From Candidatus Eiseniibacteriota bacterium (lineage in GTDB: Bacteria > Eisenbacteria > RBG-16-71-46), in assembly GCA_044222065.1 (NCBI GenBank), contig JBGAOA010000003.1, positions 32,001-96,000 of the forward strand: 64,000 nt of DNA, given 5' to 3'. Below are positions 48,058 to 55,923 of the stretch, in pieces. Positions within the stretch are counted from its first letter, which is position 1; every line of letters starts with the position of its first letter. Under the pieces are notes generated by a model. The model was not told where the DNA came from and searched no databases. It saw nothing but the letters and a program-made list of their open reading frames with translations. Made by a program: the position numbers and the translations under genes.

Positions 48058-48858
48058 ATGAGCCCGCTCGTCGAAGTCGTTCGCGACCGCGCGGTCGCGC
48101 GCGTGTGGTTCAACCGCCCCGAAGTGCACAACGCGCTCTCGGCCGAACTCGGCGGCGCGCTCGCGGACGCGCTGCACGCGCTCGCGAGCGACGCCGCGGT
48201 GCGCGTCGTCGTGCTCGGCGGCCGCGGGCCGTCGTTCTGCGCCGGCGCCGACATCGGCGCGATGAAGGCGTCGGCCTCGATGTCGTTCGAGGCGAACTTC
48301 GCCGAGGCGCAGAAGCTCGGCGGCGTGTTCGCGGCGCTCGCCGACTTTCCGAAGCCGGTCGTCGGCCGCGTGCACGGCGGCGTGTACGGCGGCGGCGTCG
48401 GGTTCTGCTGCGCGTGCGACCTCGCGATCGCGAGCGACGACGCGAAGTTCGGACTCACCGAGGTGCGGCTCGGCATCGTGCCCGCGCTCATCAGCCCGTA
48501 CGTGATCCGCCGCCTCGGCGACCGGCGCGCGCGCGAGGCGATGCTCACGGGCGAGCGCTTCGGCGCCGCGCGCGCGCTGGAGCTCGGCATCGTGAATGCG
48601 GTCGTGCCCGCCGCCGGGCTCGACGCGGCGGTGGACGAGCGCGTCGCGGCGCTGCTCGAGGGCGGCCCCGAGGCGCAGAAGCGCATCAAGGCGCTGCTCG
48701 ACCGCTGGGCCGATTCGACGTGGGAGGAGTACCGCTCGTCGCTGCCGCGCACGCTCGCCGAAGTGCGTTCGGGCGACGAAGCGAAGGAAGGGCTGTCGGC
48801 GTTCTTCGAGAAGCGCAAGCCGAAGTGGACCGAGGGATCGGAGGGAACCGCATCATGA
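48058..48858 (+). CDS. liuC: Enoyl-CoA hydratase, probable methylglutaconyl-CoA hydratase
   Basis: NRPEVHNA, FCAGADI, GGGVG and EVRLGIVPALISPYV. Next to the biotin carboxylase. Confidence 0.8.
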   Translation: MSPLVEVVRDRAVARVWFNRPEVHNALSAELGGALADALHALASDAAVRVVVLGGRGPSFCAGADIGAMKASASMSFEANFAEAQKLGGVFAALADFPKPVVGRVHGGVYGGGVGFCCACDLAIASDDAKFGLTEVRLGIVPALISPYVIRRLGDRRAREAMLTGERFGAARALELGIVNAVVPAAGLDAAVDERVAALLEGGPEAQKRIKALLDRWADSTWEEYRSSLPRTLAEVRSGDEAKEGLSAFFEKRKPKWTEGSEGTAS

Positions 48859-49697
48859 CGAAACGGATCTTCGGAGCCTCCGCGATCGGAACGCTCGCGC
48901 TGCTCGCGACGCTCGCGGGCTGCGGCGGCGGCGGCAGCGGCGATGCGCCGACCGGGCCCGTGCTGCCGCCGAGCGGCACCGCGCAGGACCTCGCGAACAT
49001 GATCTCGGGCTCGTTCGTCGCCGGCGCCGTGCTGCCGACGAACGTGGACACGACCGCGAGCCTGCTCGCGACGATGAACGTGAACGGCCTGCGCGCGGGG
49101 CTCGTGCTGCTGCTGTCGCCGACGACGGGACTGCAGGACGGCGGCGCGATCTCGCTGCGCACCGGGCTCGCGGGCTCGACGAGCGAGACCGCGCTCGACA
49201 AGCTCCAGCTGCGAGTCTCCGGCCTGATCCAGACCGTGTACACGACGCTGCCGAGCCACCCGCTCGGCGTCGTGCTGCCGTTCGACGCCACGACGCACCA
49301 CCGCTTCACGGTGCCGGGTGGCACGGGCGTCACGGCGTTCGAGGACAGCGTGCTGTCGGTGACGTTGCCCGCGATCGCGTCGCCCGCGGCGAGCGCGACC
49401 GTGAGCCGCGCGGCGGATCTCGTCGTGAGCTGGTCCAATGCCGGCGCCGACACGACCGTTTACTGCCTCGCGCTCGTGCGGTCGCAGGTGGACACGACGA
49501 TGGGCGCGATCAGCGCGCTCGTGCGCGACCCGGACGCGCAGACGACGATCACGACCGCGCGGCTCTCCACGCTGCCCGCGGGTGCGGCGCGCCTCGCGCT
49601 CGCCCGCTTCCGGCTCGTCCACCACTCGGTCGCGGGCGGCCGCAAGGCCGACCTCGTGAGCGAGGCGGTCGAGACGCGCTCGATCACGCTCAACTAG
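48855..49697 (+). CDS. Hypothetical beta-rich lipoprotein
   Basis: Lipobox LAGC followed by a Gly linker. ATGA overlap with liuC. Confidence 0.75.
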   Translation: MTKRIFGASAIGTLALLATLAGCGGGGSGDAPTGPVLPPSGTAQDLANMISGSFVAGAVLPTNVDTTASLLATMNVNGLRAGLVLLLSPTTGLQDGGAISLRTGLAGSTSETALDKLQLRVSGLIQTVYTTLPSHPLGVVLPFDATTHHRFTVPGGTGVTAFEDSVLSVTLPAIASPAASATVSRAADLVVSWSNAGADTTVYCLALVRSQVDTTMGAISALVRDPDAQTTITTARLSTLPAGAARLALARFRLVHHSVAGGRKADLVSEAVETRSITLN

Positions 49698-49713
49698 GGA
49701 CGATGCCACCACC

Positions 49714-51222
49714 ATGTTCCGCAAGGTGCTGATCGCGAACCGCGGCGAGATCGCGTGCCGCGTCGCGGGGTCGCTGCGCGAGATGGGCGTCTCGCCCGTC
49801 GCGGTGTACTCCGCGGCCGACCGCGAGGCGCTGCACGTGCGCGTCGTGGACGAGGCGGTCGAGCTCGGCGCCGCCGAGCCGCGCGCGTCGTACCTGAACG
49901 TCGAGGCGATCGTCGCCGCCGCGAAGCGCGTCGGCGCCGAGGCGATCCACCCGGGCTACGGGTTCCTGTCCGAGAACGCGGCGTTCGCCGAAGCGGTCGA
50001 GGCGGCCGGGCTCACGTTCATCGGGCCGACGCCGGAGCAGATCCGCGCGATGGGGGACAAGCGCGCGGCGCGCGCGCTCGCCGTGAAGGCGAAGGTGCCC
50101 GTCGTGCCCGGCGCCGAGAGCGGCGATCCCGCCGTGCTCGCGAAGGAAGCGGCGAAGATCGGCTTCCCGGTGCTCGTGAAGGCGGCGCTCGGCGGCGGCG
50201 GCAAGGGCATGCGCGTCGTCGAGAACGCGCGCGAACTCGCCGAGGCGATCGAGAGCGCGCAGCGCGTCGCGGCCTCGGCGTTCGGCGACGCCGCGGTGTT
50301 CGTCGAGAAGCGCGTCGAGCGCGCGCGCCACGTCGAGGTGCAGGTGCTCGGCGACGGGCACGGCAACGTCGTGCACCTCGGCGAACGCGAGTGCTCGCTC
50401 CAGCGCCGGCACCAGAAAGTGATCGAGGAGTGCCCGTCGCCGGCCGTGGACGCGAAGCTGCGCGAGAAGCTCACGACCGCGGCGCTCGCGCTCGCGCGTT
50501 CCGTGAAGTACCGCGGCGCCGGCACGCTCGAGTTCCTGCTCGCCGAAGACGGCGCGTTCTACTTCCTCGAGATGAACACGCGGCTCCAGGTCGAGCACCC
50601 GGTCACGGAACTCGTCACCGGCATCGACCTCGCGCGCTCGCAGGTCCGCGTCGCCGCGGAAGGGAAGCTGCCGTTCGCGCAGGACGAGGTCGTGCTGCAC
50701 GGCTCGGCGATCGAGGCGCGCGTCTACGCCGAGGACGCGGCGCGCGGCTTCCTGCCGCAGGCGGGGCAGGCGCTGCGCGTCCACTGGCCGCGCATGCCGT
50801 TCGTGCGCGTGGACGCCGGCATCGAGACCGGCGACCACGTGCCGGTGCACTACGACCCGATCCTCGGCAAGGTGATCGCGCACGGGCGCGCGCGCCCGCA
50901 GGCGCTCGCGCGTCTCGGCGCGGCCCTGGATCGCGTGCGCATCCACGGTGTCGTGACGAACCTGCCGTTCCTGCGCGCACTCGCGCACTCGCCCGCGGTC
51001 GAGCGCGCGGCGTTCGACACCGAGTGGATCGAGCGCGAGTTCCTCGCCGGCTTCACGGCGCTCGCGAACGCGCCCGCGCCGGAACTCGCGCTCGCCGCGG
51101 CGGCGCTCGCCGAGCTGCTCGGCGTGTCGCGCGCGCCGGGTGTGACGCCGATCGAGCGCGGCGCGTCGCCCGCCGAGGCGTTCCGCACGACGGGACACTG
51201 GCGCCAGCCGGGGCTCGCGTGA
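49714..51222 (+). CDS. liuD: Biotin carboxylase subunit of an acyl-CoA (methylcrotonyl-CoA) carboxylase
   Basis: KVLIANRGEIA, HPGYGFLSEN, GGGGKGM, ECSLQRRHQK and EMNTRLQVEHPVTE. Confidence 0.9.
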   Translation: MFRKVLIANRGEIACRVAGSLREMGVSPVAVYSAADREALHVRVVDEAVELGAAEPRASYLNVEAIVAAAKRVGAEAIHPGYGFLSENAAFAEAVEAAGLTFIGPTPEQIRAMGDKRAARALAVKAKVPVVPGAESGDPAVLAKEAAKIGFPVLVKAALGGGGKGMRVVENARELAEAIESAQRVAASAFGDAAVFVEKRVERARHVEVQVLGDGHGNVVHLGERECSLQRRHQKVIEECPSPAVDAKLREKLTTAALALARSVKYRGAGTLEFLLAEDGAFYFLEMNTRLQVEHPVTELVTGIDLARSQVRVAAEGKLPFAQDEVVLHGSAIEARVYAEDAARGFLPQAGQALRVHWPRMPFVRVDAGIETGDHVPVHYDPILGKVIAHGRARPQALARLGAALDRVRIHGVVTNLPFLRALAHSPAVERAAFDTEWIEREFLAGFTALANAPAPELALAAAALAELLGVSRAPGVTPIERGASPAEAFRTTGHWRQPGLA

Positions 51223-51223
51223 C

Positions 51224-51721
51224 GTGAAGAGCCTGTGGAAGGACGGCGACCGCACGCGCGAGGTCGAGATCGAGGCGCAGGGCTCGGGCTGCTGGCGCGT
51301 GAAGGTGGACGGCGTCGCGCTCGAGCTGTGCGTGGAGACGCTTCCGAACGGCGACCTCAGGCTCGCCGAACCCGAGCGCGGCCGCGTGACGATGGCCGAG
51401 GTGACGGCCGCGGGCGCGCGGCGCTTCGTGCACCTCGCCGGCGCGGACTACGTGATCGAGCGCGAGTCGGGCGGGCGGCCGCGCGGGCGCGCGGGCAGCG
51501 GCAGCCTCGAGGCGCCCATGCCGGGCGTCGTCACGCGCGTGATGGTCGCGGCCGGCGATGACGTGAAGCAGGGGCAGCCGCTCGTCGCGATCGAGGCGAT
51601 GAAGATGGAGCACGTGATCCGCGCGCCGCGCGACGGACGAGTGAAGAGCGTCGCCGCGCGCACGGGTGAGATGGTCAATCCGGGCCTCGCGCTCGTCGAA
51701 CTAGAACCCGAGGCGGTCTGA
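51224..51721 (+). CDS. Biotin carboxyl carrier protein (separate subunit)
   Basis: APMPG...EAMKME biotinylation motif. Confidence 0.92.
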   Translation: MKSLWKDGDRTREVEIEAQGSGCWRVKVDGVALELCVETLPNGDLRLAEPERGRVTMAEVTAAGARRFVHLAGADYVIERESGGRPRGRAGSGSLEAPMPGVVTRVMVAAGDDVKQGQPLVAIEAMKMEHVIRAPRDGRVKSVAARTGEMVNPGLALVELEPEAV

Positions 51722-51883
51722 GCGACCCGAGGTGCGGGCGACATTCGCCGCGTCCCCCGGATTTCGCCTCACCGGCCCGCACGAACCGGGCGTAAACTTC
51801 CGCCCGAGTCCCCGCTCCGGCCGCGGAGATCGCGGTCGCTTCCGGGCGCCGTGCCGCTGCCACGCCGCCTCTCGGAGTTCGTC

Positions 51884-54424
51884 ATGACCCGCGTCCCGAT
51901 TCCGGGCGCGCGCCCCTCGCCGTCGCTCGCGGAACCTCGCACCGCGAGTCCCGGCCCGATCGGTCGTGCGTTCGCGCTCGCCCTCGCCGCGCTCGCGCTG
52001 TTCGCGATGCCCTCGTTCACTCGCGCCGAGATCGTCTTCGACTCGCGCTTCCGCCTCGCCGATCTCGCCGCCCAGCCCCGCGGCCTCGCGACCGGCGACT
52101 TCAACGGTGACGGCCGCGCCGACGCCTGCGTCGCGACCGGGCTCGGTCCGTCGTACATCGAGATCGTGCTCGCGGGCCCCGACGGCGCACCGCTCGTGCC
52201 GTGGCGCATCACGCCCGGGCTCGGCGCCTCCGAGGTCGCGGTCGGCGACGTGAACGAGGACGGCCTGCTCGATGCGATCGCCGGGTCGACCGCGGGATTC
52301 AGCGTGCTGTTCGGCAACGGCGACGGCACGCTCGTCGACGGTCCGACGGTCGCGCACGGGCTCCAGCCCTCACTCGGCCTCGTGCTCGCGGACGTCAACG
52401 GCGACGGGCACCGCGACGTCGTGTCGGTCGCGGTGAGCTCGAGCGAGCTCCGGACGTTCTTCGGCGTCGGCGACGGGACGTTCCAGGCGCCGGTGCCCGA
52501 CACGCTGTTCGGCTCCATTCGCGGGCTCGCGAGCGGACGACTGAACGGCGACGCGCGCGACGATCTCGCGTGCCTCGTGGGCGGCATCGTCGGCTACTGG
52601 CAGGCGACGGCGCTGCTCGGGCGCGCGGACGGTCACTTCGACTTGTCGGACGACTTCCCGTTCTCGTACGGAACGTCCGATCCCGGCCCGATCGGACTGC
52701 TCGCGGACCTCGACGGCGACACCGATCTCGACTACCTGTGCGGACGCGACTGGTTCGCGCAGGTCCCGGGTTCGGACGGGCGCCCGATCTTCACCTGGAG
52801 TTTCGTCCTCGGCGTGACGGGGGACCTGCAGGGCTGCGCGGACGCGAACGACGACGGCTACCCGGACGTGTTCGACGCGAACGCCGTCACGAGCTACGGC
52901 TTCGAGCGTTACCCCGTCGCTCCGACGCCGCAGCCGCCGAGCTTCCACGTGTCGGTCGAGTCCATCGAGCGTCTCGCGCTCGGCGACGTGAACGGCGATA
53001 CGTTCCCGGACGTCGTCGTCGCCGGCCAGGGGGGCGCCCACATCGCGTTCCATCGCAACGACGGCGAGGGCGGATTCGGCGATGGCATCCCGACGACGAT
53101 CTTCGGCGGCGCGCCCGCGCCGCTCGAATACGTGGACGTGACGGGCGACGGCGTGCGCGATGCCGTATTCGCGAACGTGACGAACCCGAACGCGCTGAAC
53201 GTGCTCCCGGGCACGGCCGGCGGCGGGTGGGGCGTGCCCTACGCGTACGGACCGATCCCGACGTTCAAGGCGTTCGCGCTCGGCGACCTCGACGGCGACG
53301 GCGACCTCGACGCCGTGTTCACGCACCCGGCCGCGAATCGCGTGTCGTGGTGCTACAACGGCGGCGGCGCGTTCGGCCCGCGCGACTCGATCGCGGTCGC
53401 GAACGGTCCGTACGCGGTCGCGCTCGGCGACGTGACGAACGACGGCGCCCTCGACGCCGTCGTGACGTGCTCGGGCTTCAACCAGATCGCGCTGCTGCGC
53501 AGCACGGGCACGGCGCCGAACGGCGTCGTCGGCTACTTCACGGCCGGCAACAACCCGGTCGCGATCACGCTCGGCGACCTCACGGGCGACGGGCGGCTCG
53601 ACGCGTTCGTGCTGTATCGCTCCACCGCGTCCTCGTGTCAGCTCGCGCTGCTGCGCGGCAACGCGGTCTCGACGTTCCTCGCGCCACAGAACTTCACCGT
53701 GAACGGCGCCTCGAAGCCCGTCGGCGTCCGGCTCGCCGAGGTCACGGGCGACACGATCCCGGACGTCATCGCGCTGACCGAGGCCTCCGCCGCCGTCTAC
53801 CCGGGACTCGCGACGAACACGCTCGGCGCGCGCGTGTCGCCGACGTCGCCCGTGCGCGGCGTCTCGATGGACGGCACGCCGACGTTCGCGATCGCGGACT
53901 TCGATCGCGACGGCGCGCTCGACCTCGCGATCCCCGATGCGGGCGGCAACGGCGTCGAGATCCTGCGCGGACTCGGCAACGGCACGTTCGAGCCCGAGCG
54001 CGGCTTCGGCGTGGGGCGCGGCGCGCGCGGCTGCGTCGCGCACGACCTCGATGAGAACGGAACGCCCGATCTGCTCGTGGCGCTCGCGAGCGAAGGCGCG
54101 ATCGCGACCGTGATGAACCGCACGCCGCCGCTGAGCGCCGCGCCCGAGTCCGGCGTTGTCGCGTCCGCGCCGGTCCTGCGCGTGACGCCGAATCCGTCGC
54201 GCGGTCCCGTCGCGCTCGAATTCGCGACGGCGGAGACGTCGCCCGTGCGCTTCGAGTGCTTCGACGTCGCCGGCCGGCGCGTGTGGTTCCAGGTCGTGAC
54301 GCCCGCGGGCGGCCGCGCGCGCGCCGAGTGGCGGCCCGGCGAGTCGCTCGCCGACGGCCTCGTGTTCGCGCGTGCGACGCAGTCCGGTCGTTCGGCGGCG
54401 GCGCGCATCGCGCGCGTGCGCTGA
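51884..54424 (+). CDS. Secreted FG-GAP/VCBS repeat protein with C-terminal FlgD-Ig/T9SS-CTD-like domain
   Basis: 14 DxxxDGxxD-type Ca-binding repeats and a C-terminal PNPSRG..LEF..FDVAGRRV. Confidence 0.88.
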   Translation: MTRVPIPGARPSPSLAEPRTASPGPIGRAFALALAALALFAMPSFTRAEIVFDSRFRLADLAAQPRGLATGDFNGDGRADACVATGLGPSYIEIVLAGPDGAPLVPWRITPGLGASEVAVGDVNEDGLLDAIAGSTAGFSVLFGNGDGTLVDGPTVAHGLQPSLGLVLADVNGDGHRDVVSVAVSSSELRTFFGVGDGTFQAPVPDTLFGSIRGLASGRLNGDARDDLACLVGGIVGYWQATALLGRADGHFDLSDDFPFSYGTSDPGPIGLLADLDGDTDLDYLCGRDWFAQVPGSDGRPIFTWSFVLGVTGDLQGCADANDDGYPDVFDANAVTSYGFERYPVAPTPQPPSFHVSVESIERLALGDVNGDTFPDVVVAGQGGAHIAFHRNDGEGGFGDGIPTTIFGGAPAPLEYVDVTGDGVRDAVFANVTNPNALNVLPGTAGGGWGVPYAYGPIPTFKAFALGDLDGDGDLDAVFTHPAANRVSWCYNGGGAFGPRDSIAVANGPYAVALGDVTNDGALDAVVTCSGFNQIALLRSTGTAPNGVVGYFTAGNNPVAITLGDLTGDGRLDAFVLYRSTASSCQLALLRGNAVSTFLAPQNFTVNGASKPVGVRLAEVTGDTIPDVIALTEASAAVYPGLATNTLGARVSPTSPVRGVSMDGTPTFAIADFDRDGALDLAIPDAGGNGVEILRGLGNGTFEPERGFGVGRGARGCVAHDLDENGTPDLLVALASEGAIATVMNRTPPLSAAPESGVVASAPVLRVTPNPSRGPVALEFATAETSPVRFECFDVAGRRVWFQVVTPAGGRARAEWRPGESLADGLVFARATQSGRSAAARIARVR

Positions 54425-54607
54425 GCGGTCTCGGCCGGGACGCTCCCCAGTGGATCGGAGGAGCGCCCGGCCGCACGCGCGTCGCCACGAGCAGCACCGG
54501 TCGGTCCGGGCTCCGCAAACTCGCGCTCAGGCCGCGCGGGCGGACGGCCGATACCCCCGCTGACCCGCGACAAATGCGGGGAAAACGGTGGAAGTCGCCA
54601 GGAATCC

Positions 54608-54618
54608 TGTGCTACGGT
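54608..54618 (+). promoter_or_regulatory. Extended -10 promoter (TGTGCTACGGT) for the phoH-glyS region
   Basis: TG-N-TAxxxT in a lower-GC intergenic region. Confidence 0.5.
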
Positions 54619-54630
54619 CCCGCGCGTCGC

Positions 54631-54808
54631 GAGCCCCCGGGCCACGCGACCCGATCCGGAGGTCACCCTTCGGTTGAGCATCCCTGGATCGCCAAGGATT
54701 GAGCCCAAACAGCGCATTGCGACGCACAACTCCGACGCTCTTGGCCAGGTCCCGCCAGGGACCGACTCGGTCAAGAGTTTTGCGCTTTCTAGGCCCTAGG
54801 GAGATCTC
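54631..54808 (+). ncRNA. Candidate structured RNA leader upstream of phoH
   Basis: Several stems with G-U pairs, a possible C(UUCG)G loop, and a hairpin followed by TTTT. Confidence 0.35.
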
Positions 54809-54814
54809 CCTGCC

Positions 54815-55888
54815 GTGATGGTCAAAAAGTTTCCCGTCGAGCACCTCGAGCCCCTCGCGCTCCTGGGTCACAACGACTCGAACCTCCGCCAGATCGAATC
54901 CGAACTCCCGGTGCGCATCACGCTCCGCGACGGCACCATTTCGATCGCCGGCGACGAGAAGGCCGTGGCGCACGCCTCGCGCGTGTTCCACGAACTCGTC
55001 GAGCTCGTCGAACGCGGCAAGGTCGTCGAAGAGGCCGACGTCGCGACCGCGCTCGGCGCGACGCGCCGCAACGGCAATGGCAACGGCCACGGCAACGGGC
55101 ACGGCTCGACGCTGGCCGAGGCGTACGAAGGCGCGCCCGGATTCCACTTCGAGCGCAAGGCGGTCAAGCCGCGCACGCCGAAGCAGGCCGAGTACCTGAA
55201 GGCGATCGAGGAGCACGACGTCGTGTTCGGCATCGGCCCCGCGGGCACGGGCAAGACGTACCTCGCGGTGACCGCTGCCGTGCACGCGCTGCGCACGAAG
55301 CGCGTGGACCGCATCATCCTCGTGCGTCCCGCGGTCGAAGCGGGCGAGAGCCTGGGCTTCCTGCCCGGCGACATGCAGGAGAAGGTGGATCCGTACCTGC
55401 GCCCGATGTACGACGCGCTCGCCGACCTGATGTCGTACGAGAAGATGCGCCGCTTCATCGAAATGGGCGTGATCGAAATCGCGCCGCTCGCGTTCATGCG
55501 CGGCCGCACGCTGCACAGCTCGTTCGTCATCCTCGACGAGGCTCAGAACACGACCGTGCGCCAGATGAAGATGTTCCTGACCCGCCTCGGCGTGAACTCG
55601 AAGGCGGTCATCACGGGCGACGTCACGCAGATCGACCTCAAGGACCCGACCGCGTCGGGGCTCGTCAAGATCCAGAGCATCCTCGGGGGCCTGCGCGGCG
55701 TGAACTTCGTCTACTTCCATCCGGAGGACGTGGTCCGGCACCGCCTCGTGCGCGACATCATCCGCGCCTTCGACGACTTCCACGCCCGCGGCGAGGGCAT
55801 CGACGACGACGGCGTCGGCACGAGCCTCGATCCCGACTCGCCGCCGGCCGCGTCCGCGCCGGGCGACGACCCGGACACGGCGCGCTGA
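54815..55888 (+). CDS. phoH: PhoH family protein (YbeZ-like, KH + ATPase)
   Basis: GPAGTGKT, RPAVEAGESLGFLPGD, PLAFMRGRT, LDEAQN, GDVTQIDL and DVVRH. Confidence 0.95.
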   Translation: MMVKKFPVEHLEPLALLGHNDSNLRQIESELPVRITLRDGTISIAGDEKAVAHASRVFHELVELVERGKVVEEADVATALGATRRNGNGNGHGNGHGSTLAEAYEGAPGFHFERKAVKPRTPKQAEYLKAIEEHDVVFGIGPAGTGKTYLAVTAAVHALRTKRVDRIILVRPAVEAGESLGFLPGDMQEKVDPYLRPMYDALADLMSYEKMRRFIEMGVIEIAPLAFMRGRTLHSSFVILDEAQNTTVRQMKMFLTRLGVNSKAVITGDVTQIDLKDPTASGLVKIQSILGGLRGVNFVYFHPEDVVRHRLVRDIIRAFDDFHARGEGIDDDGVGTSLDPDSPPAASAPGDDPDTAR

Positions 55889-55923
55889 TCCGGGCCCGGG
55901 GGGACTCACCCCCGGGCGCACGA

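Noticed and set aside
51220..51226. Split between biotin carboxylase and BCCP as a frameshift or pseudogene
   Set aside because: Both parts are intact and closely spaced, and separate BC and BCCP subunits are a normal arrangement.
54699..54818. 39-codon TTG-started ORF overlapping the phoH start as a leader peptide
   Set aside because: Atypical codon usage, poorly placed SD and no amino-acid enrichment. It is not supportable without conservation data.
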